Virus record (IMG/VR): IMGVR_UViG_2867988698_000004
Span: 1-64,000 of that record
DNA from: a virus
Lineage: Duplodnaviria > Caudoviricetes
Direction: 5' to 3' (one strand)
Length of the DNA stretch: 64,000 nt
Shown: in pieces, positions 29,834 through 38,884 of the stretch
Layout of the letters: each line of letters begins with the position of its first letter
How positions within the stretch are numbered: position 1 is the stretch's first letter
The notes under the pieces: model-generated
Databases searched by the model: none
The model's input: the letters and a program-made list of their open reading frames with translations, nothing else
What the model was told of the DNA's origin: nothing
Made by a program: the position numbers and the translations under genes

Positions 29834-29844
29834 ACGGGACTCCT

Positions 29845-30099
29845 CTACATACGGGCGGCCGAGGCCGCCGCGGTGGTGGTGGTGTGGAGGCGGTGCTGGG
29901 CGGCACGTCCGCACCAGCAGTTGCCGGCGCCGCTGTGCGGGCTGGCCTCGTACGGGTGGGCGATGATCCGGCCGGTGGCCGGGTTGGTCCACCGGTCCTG
30001 CCGTGCGATGTCGACGCACCGTTCCGGATGGCACATCACGCTCGTCCTCTCGTATGACGTGGCGTGTGCTGCCCCGACGAAGTGGTGCGGGTAGCACAC
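29845..30099 (-). CDS. Hypothetical protein
   Basis: HPY...CWCG...H motif; start uncertain. Confidence 0.4.
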   Translation of the reverse strand: MCYPHHFVGAAHATSYERTSVMCHPERCVDIARQDRWTNPATGRIIAHPYEASPHSGAGNCWCGRAAQHRLHTTTTAAASAARM

Positions 30100-30111
30100 G
30101 CGCTCCGGGTC

Positions 30112-30747
30112 TCAGGTGCGCTCGGGCCAGTGCCAGGTGCCGCCGCGGCGCTCGCCCTCGGCTTGGAAACAACCGCCCTCGGCCAGCGGGCGGAAGAACA
30201 CCCCGCCCGGGTTGAGCACGCACAGCCCGACCTGCAGAGGCTCCTCGACGTTGACCTCGGTGACGACAGCCGCCCGGCACTGCGAGGCGTACTCCCCGCC
30301 GGGGGTGCCGTACGAGACGTAGTGCACGATCCGGCCGACGCTCGGCACCTGCTGTTCCCCCTGCTCCTGCTGGCGGGAGGGGACGGGGTCCTGCAGGCCA
30401 CCGGTGAGCGCGCGGACCACCGCGGCGAACAGCTCGTCCTTACGACGCTCGGTCTCCGGCAGGAGGTCATAGCGCACCAGAGACGGATGGGTGCGGGCCT
30501 GGGCGTTCTTGGCCGGCCCGTACTGCCAGCCCTCGGCCAGTTTCCGGCGGGCCCACGCCTCATGCAGCTCCTCCGGTCCGGCACCGGCCAGCGCCTGGGT
30601 GACGCCGGCGACGGCGCTGTCCCGCTGCCAGGCCGGGGCCTGCTCCCACGGCGGGGACGGGTCGGGGTCGCCGGTGGCGATCTGCCATGCCCGGTTGGCC
30701 TCGTGCGCCACCCGCGCGATGCGGGCGATGTCCTCGGGGGTGGTCAT
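30112..30747 (-). CDS. RyR-domain protein fused to a small actinophage domain
   Basis: PEELHEAWARRKLAEGWQYG...KN...THPSLVRYDLLPETERRKD, then PSVGRIVHY...GTWHWPER. Confidence 0.75.
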   Translation of the reverse strand: MTTPEDIARIARVAHEANRAWQIATGDPDPSPPWEQAPAWQRDSAVAGVTQALAGAGPEELHEAWARRKLAEGWQYGPAKNAQARTHPSLVRYDLLPETERRKDELFAAVVRALTGGLQDPVPSRQQEQGEQQVPSVGRIVHYVSYGTPGGEYASQCRAAVVTEVNVEEPLQVGLCVLNPGGVFFRPLAEGGCFQAEGERRGGTWHWPERT

Positions 30748-31505
30748 GTGATCGGGGCCTCCCAGGACTCCCGCCAGGTCTCCGGCCCGATGACGCCGTC
30801 GACCTGCAGGTCCTTCTCGGCCTGGAACGCCCGGCAGATCCCCTCCGAGCGGGGCCCGTACGCGCCGTCCACCGTGATCGGCCAGCCCCGATGCGACATG
30901 CGCGCCTGCCAGCGCCGCACGTCCGATCCGGTCATGATCGGCGGCTGGGTGATGTACCGGCCGGGCCACGGCGGCGCCGTGGTGCCCGGACGTTCCACCG
31001 GCCGCTCCGGCTCCTCGGCGTCGTCGTCGGGGGTTCCGTAGGCGGGCCGTCCGTATCCAGCGATGACGGCGGCGGAGCGGACACGGCGGCGGACGGCGTC
31101 GCCGGTGTTGCCCTCAATCGTCTGCACGCGTCCGCCGCCGAGCACGGCCTCGATGAGGCCGACATGGTCGATGTTGCTGATGCGATCGCTCTCGCCCCAG
31201 TCGAAGAACACGATGTCCCCCGGCTTGGCGCGGTTGAGGTTGGCCACGGTGCCGGGGTGCCAGCGGCCGATCTTCTGGAAGTCCTGGGCGTGCCACACCG
31301 TGTAAGCGCGGTCGAGCCCGGCGGGCAGCACCGCCGCCCGGTTGCCGGACTTGATCGCCCACTCGGTGATCGCCATGTCGCACCAGGCCGCCCGCAGGTA
31401 CTCGTCGCCGTGCCGCGCCGAGTACGAGCGGGTGATCCAGTTCGGCCGCCCGGCCAGCCCGAGGTCGGCGCGGGCCGCCGCCAGCATTCCCGCTGCGGTG
31501 CCCAT
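30744..31505 (-). CDS. Endolysin: CHAP-like amidase + peptidoglycan-binding domain
   Basis: AWCDM, PGDIVFFDW, DHVGLI, TIEGNT; VDGAYGP...FQAEKDLQVDGVIGPETW. Confidence 0.85.
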   Translation of the reverse strand: MGTAAGMLAAARADLGLAGRPNWITRSYSARHGDEYLRAAWCDMAITEWAIKSGNRAAVLPAGLDRAYTVWHAQDFQKIGRWHPGTVANLNRAKPGDIVFFDWGESDRISNIDHVGLIEAVLGGGRVQTIEGNTGDAVRRRVRSAAVIAGYGRPAYGTPDDDAEEPERPVERPGTTAPPWPGRYITQPPIMTGSDVRRWQARMSHRGWPITVDGAYGPRSEGICRAFQAEKDLQVDGVIGPETWRESWEAPIT

Positions 31506-31648
31506 CAGCCGGTCACCTCCCCCGGCTGCTGGTCGCGGTACACGCCGTCCGGGCCGGGCTCGCCGTACATCTCCCCCAGCATCCGCTCCTCGTCGGGCTC
31601 GGTGGGGGCGCCCTTGTCCCGGGGCTCGGGAATGGGGATTTGGGCCAT
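31505..31648 (-). CDS. Small acidic protein coupled to the endolysin
   Basis: AGGAG RBS; 47 aa; TGATG overlap. Confidence 0.5.
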   Translation of the reverse strand: MAQIPIPEPRDKGAPTEPDEERMLGEMYGEPGPDGVYRDQQPGEVTG

Positions 31649-31669
31649 GCGCGTCTCTCCTCTAGGCGT

Positions 31670-32044
31670 TCACGTGGTGATCAGGGTGGCGATGACGCCG
31701 GCTGCGGCGCCCACGAGGGTGGCGACGATCGCGAAGGCGGCCAGCCGCTGCCGCTCCTTGTGGGCCTGGGCCTCGGCCTGCTGGGTGAACTTGCGGTTCA
31801 TCTCCTCGCGGAGATCGGTGATCTTGGTTTCCATCTCCGCGCGCGTGATGTAGTCGCGCTCGAAGCGGTCGCCGCGGTCGTCCAGACGCTGGATGGCGGC
31901 GGCGTGGTCGGCCGCGCGGGCGTCACCGTGCTCTGCGCGTTGCACCAGCAGGTCCAGGCGTCCCTCAATGCGCGCCAGGGAGGCGTCCATACTGCCTCGT
32001 AGCTCGGTGATGGCCAATTCCAGCCGGGCTTCGGGAGTAGTCAT
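31670..32044 (-). CDS. Coiled-coil protein with C-terminal TM (lysis-cassette membrane protein)
   Basis: Heptad region plus hydrophobic C-terminus. Confidence 0.65.
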   Translation of the reverse strand: MTTPEARLELAITELRGSMDASLARIEGRLDLLVQRAEHGDARAADHAAAIQRLDDRGDRFERDYITRAEMETKITDLREEMNRKFTQQAEAQAHKERQRLAAFAIVATLVGAAAGVIATLITT

Positions 32045-32185
32045 GGCGTCCAAGAGGGTCGTGTGGCCGGAAAGGGGCACGGGCGGAGGGTTGACCGTCC
32101 GCCTTCTGCTCGGGGGGTGGAGGCGTAGCCGCCCAGCGCCGCACTTTCTCCGAGGTCGGCGACCCTCCGAGCCCGTCATAGCGCG

Positions 32186-32482
32186 CTAGTCGTCGGCGCG
32201 GTCATCGGGGACGTATCCGGTGAGGCGCTGGGCGGTCTCGGCCGGCAGTCCCAGCGCCACCAGCGCCTGATAGTCCTGTTCCTGACGCTGCCGGTCCTGC
32301 TCGGCCACGCGCTGGTCCTGTTCGCTGTGGGCGGCGCGGATCTGCTCCAACGCGGCCTGGTATTCGTCGGCGGTGATCTCCGTTGCGTCCTCGGGGATCG
32401 GCGGGGGCTCGGCGTGCGCGCCGGCCACGGACCGGGACGACACCGATCCGTCAGGCTGCCGGTAGTAGACGGTGTAGGACAC
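32186..32482 (-). CDS. Tail-fibre-associated small protein, copy 3
   Basis: YYRQPDGSV...EIT.DEY...DYQAL...G.P...A.RLTGY shared with 33749 and 34697. Confidence 0.7.
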   Translation of the reverse strand: MSYTVYYRQPDGSVSSRSVAGAHAEPPPIPEDATEITADEYQAALEQIRAAHSEQDQRVAEQDRQRQEQDYQALVALGLPAETAQRLTGYVPDDRADD

Positions 32483-32487
32483 GGCGT

Positions 32488-33618
32488 CTACAGGGCGAAG
32501 ATCCACGCTGTCGCCCATGTGGTGACCTCCCGGTACTGGGAACCGCCGTTGCCGCGGCTGAGCTGGACGTTGAAGGTGTGCGTCACGGTCGCGCCGGGTG
32601 GGACGGTGACGCGGTAGAACTTGACGACCTGACAGTGGACGCCGTTGACGGCGCTGGTGCCGTTGTTGAACAGGTACTGCAGCTCGTCGCCGTCCAGCCA
32701 CACGGAGCCGGCGCTGCCGCCGCCCGGGAAGTTGAAGTAGACGTCCAGCTGGACGGAGATGATCGCCAGGGCGGGGCGGCAGGCGTCGGGGTTCTGGACG
32801 TTGATGGTCCGCTGGGACTGCAGGGTCGGCGCGGTGCCCGTCGGCACCGGCTGCGGGGTGGGCAGCACATCCTGCTGGTCGGCCTGCACGATCGTGAACT
32901 TGCCGCGGGGCTCGCTGCGGAGCTGCCCGGTGCCGTCGCAGTACACGCCGCCGGCGTTGGCGGCGATGTCGCACGCATAGGGCCAGGGGGCGACCTTGGC
33001 GGCCAAGGGGGCGGCGGCGGTGCCGTCGCCGGTCAGGCCACACGCCCCGGCCGTCAGCGCCGCCCGCATACCGGCCGGCCCGCACTGCAGCAGGTTTCCC
33101 GCGGCCGGGTCGACGATCGGGGTGGCCGACAGCGGCGTGCCAGCGCCGTCACCGTCCAGGGCGATGCAGGGGGTGTCGGAGGTGATGATCGTGGCGCCGC
33201 CGCCCTCTGGCGCGAACAGGCCGCCGTCTGGGCCGATGCTCAGGGAGTTGCCGGCCTGGGTGGAGACACGGGCTCTGATCTGGTTGGAGCCGTCGTCGTA
33301 CTCCAGGCCGTCCGCCACCGTCTGCCCGACGCAGTCCTGCACGTCCTCACACGTGACGGTCAGGCCGTCCGGTCCCTGGGTGAGGAGGTTGCCGGGTGCG
33401 GTCGACAGGCGGGCCTGGGCGGACAGGATGTGGGGGTCGGCGTCGGTGCCCGCCCCCAGCAGGGTCATGTCCACCGTGGGGGTGTCGTGAACCTGGAGGC
33501 CAGCGCCCTCGGCGGAGATGACGTAGGGGTTGCCGGGGGATCCTGTGCCCTCGATGGTCACTCCCGCGCCCGCGCTCATCGCGCAGGTGCACTGTGAGCT
33601 ACACCCACAACGTGCCAC
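32488..33618 (-). CDS. Tail fibre / receptor-binding protein B
   Basis: ARCGCSSQCTC, GTGSPGNPYVISA, GDG..PL repeats; paralogue of 35047..36171. Confidence 0.75.
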   Translation of the reverse strand: MARCGCSSQCTCAMSAGAGVTIEGTGSPGNPYVISAEGAGLQVHDTPTVDMTLLGAGTDADPHILSAQARLSTAPGNLLTQGPDGLTVTCEDVQDCVGQTVADGLEYDDGSNQIRARVSTQAGNSLSIGPDGGLFAPEGGGATIITSDTPCIALDGDGAGTPLSATPIVDPAAGNLLQCGPAGMRAALTAGACGLTGDGTAAAPLAAKVAPWPYACDIAANAGGVYCDGTGQLRSEPRGKFTIVQADQQDVLPTPQPVPTGTAPTLQSQRTINVQNPDACRPALAIISVQLDVYFNFPGGGSAGSVWLDGDELQYLFNNGTSAVNGVHCQVVKFYRVTVPPGATVTHTFNVQLSRGNGGSQYREVTTWATAWIFAL

Positions 33619-33682
33619 GCCGGGCCTCCCCTCCTGGGAGTCGCCCGGCCCCTGGCCAGCGGCTACATGATCAGGGTAGCCG
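33209..33682. repeat. About 470-bp direct repeat, copy 2 (fibre 5' end + upstream motif)
   Basis: Near-identical to 35762-36234. Confidence 0.85.
33643..33681 (-). promoter_or_regulatory. Late-gene upstream motif
   Basis: Minus strand GGCTACCCTGATC...GCCGCTGGCCAGGGGCCGGGC. Confidence 0.65.
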
Positions 33683-33748
33683 CTGCGCCGATGATCATCG
33701 CGTATCGGGCGGCCATGCTGACGGCCGTGGTGTCGGGGGCCGGTGGTG

Positions 33749-34096
33749 TCAGGGGCGGTGCCCGGTAAGCCGGGCGGCCAGGGCGGCGGGTATCCCGATA
33801 CCGGTCAGGGTGCGGTACCCCTCCTCTGCCTCCGCGGCGGCCTGGGCGGCTGCCGCGGAGGCGGCCTGCTCGGTCTCGCGCCGCGCCCGCTCCAGGAGCG
33901 CCTGCGCCTCCTCGGCGCTGATCTCCCGGCACCCGGCCGGGATCGACATCCGCACGCCGGCGGGATCGATGCCCGCCGCAGCCTGGAGGCAGCGGTGCAG
34001 TACCCGCCCGTCCGGATGGGCATACCAGCGTTCCCACACCGGCACCGGGCCGTCGCCTTGACCGCCGCCGCCGGTGGTGGGGGTGGGGGTGGTCAT
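33749..34096 (-). CDS. Tail-fibre-associated small protein, copy 2
   Basis: WYAHPDG...EISAEE...YRTL..IGIP..LAARLTGH. Confidence 0.65.
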   Translation of the reverse strand: MTTPTPTTGGGGQGDGPVPVWERWYAHPDGRVLHRCLQAAAGIDPAGVRMSIPAGCREISAEEAQALLERARRETEQAASAAAAQAAAEAEEGYRTLTGIGIPAALAARLTGHRP

Positions 34097-34686
34097 GTCA
34101 GTCCCGCCAGCACCACGGCCTTGATCGTCCAGGCTGCTCGTGTCCATCGCGCACCTCCCGTGCCGCCGCCGAGCTCGATCGGATGGCTGAAGTTCGCCGA
34201 TCCCCCGGCGGGGATCACCGCGACCTGGAAGCTGGGTTCCACGAACTCCCAGTGGTTCTGCATGTTCGTGCCACCGGCCGGTGCGGCGTTGGTCACCCGC
34301 AGGAACTCGTTGGTGTCGACGCGGGCGGCCGCGGTGGCGTCCCCGTTCGGTGGCAGGTTCAGATCCACATCCACATGCACGAACTGCAGCACCGTCGCCG
34401 GGTAGCACGCAGACGGATTGGTGATGGTGATGGCCGCGGTCTCCACGATGGTGAACGCCGACGGCACGACGCTGTTGACGGTGCCGCTGCTGCCGCTGGC
34501 GGTCACCACCGCCAGCCTGGGCGGAGGCGGCGCCCACAGCCCCAGCGCCGGATCGATCCGCAGCGGGCTGGCGGCGGGGGCGCACGGGTAGGGCCATGCC
34601 TGCTCGGCCGGAGCCCCCGCCAGTGAGATCCGCAGCCGCCCCTGCTCGTCCGGCCGCATCTCCGGGCCGATGCACACGGTCGTCAT
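34093..34686 (-). CDS. Short fibre-tip paralogue lacking the N-terminal anchor
   Basis: AWPYPC, TITNPSAC.PA, VDVDLNLP, IELGGGTGG align with the C-terminal domain of both fibres. Confidence 0.7.
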   Translation of the reverse strand: MTTVCIGPEMRPDEQGRLRISLAGAPAEQAWPYPCAPAASPLRIDPALGLWAPPPPRLAVVTASGSSGTVNSVVPSAFTIVETAAITITNPSACYPATVLQFVHVDVDLNLPPNGDATAAARVDTNEFLRVTNAAPAGGTNMQNHWEFVEPSFQVAVIPAGGSANFSHPIELGGGTGGARWTRAAWTIKAVVLAGLT

Positions 34687-34696
34687 CGGGGCGCCC

Positions 34697-35038
34697 CTAT
34701 CTGCCCTGCCCGGCGGCGTCCTGCGACTCCGGGTCCGGGGGGGTGTAGCCGGACAGGCGCCGGGCGATCTCCTCCGGGATACCGGCCGCGCGCAGCGCCT
34801 CATAGTCCGCCTTGGCGCGGGCGGCCTCGGCCTCGGCGACCTGGCGGCGCTGTTCCTCGATCGCCGCCTGGATGTCCGCGAGCGTCTGCTCGTACTCCTC
34901 GCGAGTGATCTCGACTGCGCCGGGCGGCAGCTGGTAGGGGGGCTCGTCGCCGGGCGGCTCGCCGGTCCAGTCGGGCCGCTCCACGGTCACCTGGCCCACC
35001 GAGCCATCGGGGTTGCGGTAGTACACCGTCGTCTGCAT
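34697..35038 (-). CDS. Tail-fibre-associated small protein, copy 1
   Basis: MQTTVYYRNPDGSV...EITREEY...DYEAL..AGIPEEIARRLSGY. Confidence 0.7.
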   Translation of the reverse strand: MQTTVYYRNPDGSVGQVTVERPDWTGEPPGDEPPYQLPPGAVEITREEYEQTLADIQAAIEEQRRQVAEAEAARAKADYEALRAAGIPEEIARRLSGYTPPDPESQDAAGQGR

Positions 35039-35046
35039 GGCGGCTC

Positions 35047-36171
35047 CTACAGGACGAAAACGAAAGCGCGGAGGAACGTCTGGATGCGGTTGTAGGTGGC
35101 GCCGCCGGCGCCGCGGCCCATCGTGATGTCGATGCTGAACGTTGCGCTGCCACCGGGCGGGATCGGCATCATGTTGGCCATCTTGGTGACCTGCACATGC
35201 CAGTCGCTGATGGCGCTGCTGCCGGTGTTGCGGTGGAACACCATCTCGTCGGTGGTGATCCCCATCGCTCCCGCTGCCCCGGCGGGCAGGTCGAAGTCGA
35301 CGTCGGCCTCGACCTCCAAGATCACGGCCGCCGGGCGGCATGGGTCGGGGTTGGTCACCGTCAGGGATCTGGTGGTCACCACGTTGTCGGCCCCGGAGGG
35401 GACGGCCGGGGAGGGGTAGGTGACGTTCTCCTGGGACTGCACGAAGTCGTAGCGCCCCCGCGGCTCAGACCGCAGGGCGCCGGCCGAGTCGCAGTACACG
35501 CCGCCGGCGTTGGCGTCCACCGGGCCCGCGTAGGGCCATGCCTGCGTCCGCGCCTGCAGGGGCGCGGCGGCCGTCCCATTACCGGTCAGGCCGCATGTCC
35601 CGGTCGTCACCGCCGCCCGCAGCCCACCCGGTCCACACGACAGCAGGTTCCCGGCCGCCGAGTCCAGCCGTGGGGACGCCGATAGGGGCGCCCCGGACCC
35701 GTCCCCCTCCATCTGGATGCAGTCGGTGTCCGCCGTGGTGACGGGGTTGCCGCCGCCCTGCGGCGCGAACAGGCCGCCGTCCGGGCCGATGCTCAGGGAG
35801 TTGCCGGCCTGGGTGGAGACACGGGCTCTGATCTGGTTGGCGCTGTCGTCGTACTCCAGGCCGTCCGCCAGCGCCTCACCGACGCAGTCCTGCACCGCCT
35901 CACAGGCGACGGTCAGCCCGTCCGGCCCCTGGGTGAGGAGGTTGCCGGGGGTGGTGGCGATGCGGACGGCGGCCGAGAGGATGTGCGGATCGGCGTCGGT
36001 GCCCGCCCCCAGCAGGGTCATGTCCACCGTGGGGGTGTCGTGAACCTGGAGGCCAGCGCCCTCGGCGGAGATGACGTAGGGGTTGCTGGGTGATCCCGTG
36101 CCCGCGACGGCTACTCCCGCACCTGCGGTCACCGCGCAGGTGCACTGTGAGCTACACCCACAACGTGCCAT
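35047..36171 (-). CDS. Tail fibre / receptor-binding protein A
   Basis: Paralogue of 32488..33618; follows the minor tail genes. Confidence 0.75.
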   Translation of the reverse strand: MARCGCSSQCTCAVTAGAGVAVAGTGSPSNPYVISAEGAGLQVHDTPTVDMTLLGAGTDADPHILSAAVRIATTPGNLLTQGPDGLTVACEAVQDCVGEALADGLEYDDSANQIRARVSTQAGNSLSIGPDGGLFAPQGGGNPVTTADTDCIQMEGDGSGAPLSASPRLDSAAGNLLSCGPGGLRAAVTTGTCGLTGNGTAAAPLQARTQAWPYAGPVDANAGGVYCDSAGALRSEPRGRYDFVQSQENVTYPSPAVPSGADNVVTTRSLTVTNPDPCRPAAVILEVEADVDFDLPAGAAGAMGITTDEMVFHRNTGSSAISDWHVQVTKMANMMPIPPGGSATFSIDITMGRGAGGATYNRIQTFLRAFVFVL

Positions 36172-36234
36172 GCCGGGCCTCCCTCCTGGGAGTCGCCCGG
36201 CCCCTGGCCAGCGGCTACATGATCAGGGTAGCCG
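35762..36234. repeat. About 470-bp direct repeat, copy 1
   Basis: Near-identical to 33209-33682; includes the late motif at 36195-36233. Confidence 0.85.
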
Positions 36235-36235
36235 T

Positions 36236-36436
36236 TCAGGGGGCGGCGATGATCGTGACGGCGCCGGTGGCCACATGCCGGGCGACCAGCCGCCCGGCCG
36301 CATCGACCTCCACCACCCACGCCCGGTCGCCGGCGCCCACCACTGTGCTGGTGCGGGCCTCCAGGCGGCGGATGCGGTCCTCCATCTGCCGCAGCACCTC
36401 CTCCAGGGTGCGGGGCCGGGGGTCGCGGACGACCAT
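36236..36436 (-). CDS. Small virion-associated protein
   Basis: LRQMEDRIRRLEAR coiled coil; AGGAGG RBS. Confidence 0.6.
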   Translation of the reverse strand: MVVRDPRPRTLEEVLRQMEDRIRRLEARTSTVVGAGDRAWVVEVDAAGRLVARHVATGAVTIIAAP

Positions 36437-36463
36437 GGCGGGGCCTCCTGTTCAGACGGCTGC

Positions 36464-37522
36464 TCAGACGGTGGTGGTTTCGAGGCCGGCGGGGGCGAGG
36501 GTGACCTTGACGGCCTCGCCCGCGTTGCTGGTGTAGGTGACGGCCAGGCGGGTTAGCCGCAGGTCGGTGGCGACCTGCCGGCACCTCTGGGTGGCGGTGA
36601 CCGGGACGACCACGCCGGGCACCAGGTCCCGGATCGCCACGGGGGCCTGGGGGTCGAGCTGGGCTCCGTCCGGGACGTCCACGATCAGCGGCGCCGGGTT
36701 GCGGGAGGCGACCAGCGCGTCCGCCTCCGCCTGCGCCGACGCCTGGTCCTTGATGGAGTCCTCCTTGACGATCACCGTGAGCAGCCCGCACGGGCCGGGG
36801 CCGCCGGCGGTGGCGGTGATCCCTTCTCCGATGACGATCGCACGGGTGGCGGCGGCCAGGCCGTCCTCGATCACCCGGACGTCCCCCAGGAAGTCCTCAT
36901 CCGTCAGCGCCGGGAGGCGCGCGAACGGCATCTCCCCGGCGAGGATGATCCGCCGCCCCAGCGCCGTCCAGTCGATCCCGGTCCGGCCCAGCTCCCGCAG
37001 CTCATCCCCCGCGTAGGAGGTGTTCGGCTCGTATCTGCGTTCCCCGGTGACGCCGGACGGCAGCACGTACAGGTACGGCAGGATGTTCGGATCATCTGGT
37101 GCGAGGGCGGCGCGGATGACCTCCTCGGCGATCGCCGTCAGGTCGGCCGGGCCGGTGCCGGTAGCGGTGGTGCGGTCGATGAGGGTGGGGATCTCCCTGC
37201 GGGACAGCCAGGCGGACACGTCCCGCGCGGTCACCACCGTCTCCCCCGGCCCGTGGTCGAGGTGCACGACCGGTCCCTGCCAGACCAGCTCGCTGCCGTC
37301 CCGGTAGATGGACAGGTCGTTGCACCAGGTGCGGACGGCGGCGAGGGTGTCGCAGCACTCCACGTCCGCCACGGGGATGGTGACCTTGGCCTCGCTGGTG
37401 TCGTCCAGGATGCGGCCCCATTCCAGGGCGGATGGCTCCAGCGCGCCCCCGAACGGCACGCTGCCTGTGCGGTCGTGGAACGCCACTTCATACGTCTCGG
37501 CGCAGCCGAGCGGACCGGCCAT
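36464..37522 (-). CDS. Minor tail protein (baseplate hub-like)
   Basis: W.R.LDD.SEA...IYRDG..VWQGPV; synteny. Confidence 0.7.
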   Translation of the reverse strand: MAGPLGCAETYEVAFHDRTGSVPFGGALEPSALEWGRILDDTSEAKVTIPVADVECCDTLAAVRTWCNDLSIYRDGSELVWQGPVVHLDHGPGETVVTARDVSAWLSRREIPTLIDRTTATGTGPADLTAIAEEVIRAALAPDDPNILPYLYVLPSGVTGERRYEPNTSYAGDELRELGRTGIDWTALGRRIILAGEMPFARLPALTDEDFLGDVRVIEDGLAAATRAIVIGEGITATAGGPGPCGLLTVIVKEDSIKDQASAQAEADALVASRNPAPLIVDVPDGAQLDPQAPVAIRDLVPGVVVPVTATQRCRQVATDLRLTRLAVTYTSNAGEAVKVTLAPAGLETTTV

Positions 37523-37525
37523 CGG

Positions 37526-38872
37526 TCAGACCTCCCGGGAGATGACGCGGATGGTGATCGTGGCGTCGGGGGCGATGGTGCCGCTGGCGGCTTCCACGCA
37601 CGCGATGTAGGGGACGCCGCAGTCCAGGACGGGCCAGGTGTACGGCATCCCTCCGGTGCCGGTGACCGCCGCCCCGGCGGGGGCTTCGGGGCTGCCGGGG
37701 CAGGTGACGGTGACTCGGCGGCGGGTGCCGTCGATCCGCAGGGTCGAGTACTCCGGGATGACGGTGACGTTGACCTCAGCGCACCACCCGCACTCCTCCA
37801 GCTCTTCGATCGTCCGGCCGAGGGGGTTGGGGTAGAACCGCACCCGCACGCTGCGGAGCGCGTTGCCGCCGGCGTAGATCTCGATGTCCGGAACCACGTC
37901 CGACCAGATGGGGGTGAGCACGCTGGAGGGGATGTCGATGCAATGCCGTCTGCGGGACAGCGGTTCGCAGGCGCACGGATTACCGGGCACCGGCAGGTCC
38001 GGCGGTGCGGTGGGCGCGCAGCCGAGCCCGGCCAGCGCGACATCCAGGCACGAGACCGTCACGGGCTCGCATCCGTCCTGGGTGGCCACGCAGTCCGGAT
38101 CGTTGGACCAGGTGACGCACGCGGCCTCCGGGTCCTCCTCGGTCCAGGTCTCCCCCGGCGCGGTGACGGTGATCGGATCCCGCAGCGCGTGCGGCCTGCC
38201 GGCGAGCAGGGTGAACTCGACCTGCTTGGGCGGGCAGGACTGGCAGCAGCCGCAGGACGCGCCCACGGCGCCGGTGACCTTCGGCCCGTCGATCAGCGTC
38301 ACGTCCCGCAGCGTCCGCCAGTGGGGGGCGGCGCAGTCCTCCACCGTGGTGAAGGCGGGGGCGTCCTCGCAGACCTCCGGGCAGCAGCTCAGGTATCGCA
38401 GGTCGTCTCCGGAGCAGCCGCCGCCCGGCCCGCACGCCATCGACCCCCGCAACGCGGAGGCGAGCCAGCGCATCCCGTAGTCGATGCCGCAGCAGGTCGA
38501 GCCGAGCAGGATGCCGGTCACAACGATCGTGCGGGGCCCGTACCGGCGGCGTCCGGCCACCGCGCCGTCCCCCAGCCGTTGCACGACAGGCCGTTCCACC
38601 GGTGCCGCGTCCAGACCCTCGACGCCGGTCACCAGCAGCCCGGCGAACTCGTAGCTTTCGGGGACGGCGTGGTCGAGCCATGGGGGCGGTGCGTGGGTGT
38701 CCAGGACGGGCAGCCGGTACTCCCCGTCTCCCAGGATCAGCGGCAGGTCCGAGCAGTAGCAGTCCCGCACCGTCATCGTGTGCGGTTTCAGCCCGTTGCG
38801 GGCGTAGGCGATGGTCCGGGCGGCATTGGCGATCTCCGTGCCGCCCAGGCAGAGCCAGTCCAACAGAGCCAA
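37526..38872 (-). CDS. Distal-tail-like minor tail protein, Cys-rich
   Basis: Immediately after the tape measure; GG.EIAN.AR, DGAV.GR.R...R.I motifs. Confidence 0.7.
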   Translation of the reverse strand: MALLDWLCLGGTEIANAARTIAYARNGLKPHTMTVRDCYCSDLPLILGDGEYRLPVLDTHAPPPWLDHAVPESYEFAGLLVTGVEGLDAAPVERPVVQRLGDGAVAGRRRYGPRTIVVTGILLGSTCCGIDYGMRWLASALRGSMACGPGGGCSGDDLRYLSCCPEVCEDAPAFTTVEDCAAPHWRTLRDVTLIDGPKVTGAVGASCGCCQSCPPKQVEFTLLAGRPHALRDPITVTAPGETWTEEDPEAACVTWSNDPDCVATQDGCEPVTVSCLDVALAGLGCAPTAPPDLPVPGNPCACEPLSRRRHCIDIPSSVLTPIWSDVVPDIEIYAGGNALRSVRVRFYPNPLGRTIEELEECGWCAEVNVTVIPEYSTLRIDGTRRRVTVTCPGSPEAPAGAAVTGTGGMPYTWPVLDCGVPYIACVEAASGTIAPDATITIRVISREV

Positions 38873-38884
38873 CGTGGGTGCCTC

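Noticed and set aside
32488-36234. Diversity-generating retroelement TR/VR or shufflon
   Set aside because: The repeat covers N-termini, differences do not look adenine-specific, all cassettes are co-oriented, and there is no reverse transcriptase or invertase in the window
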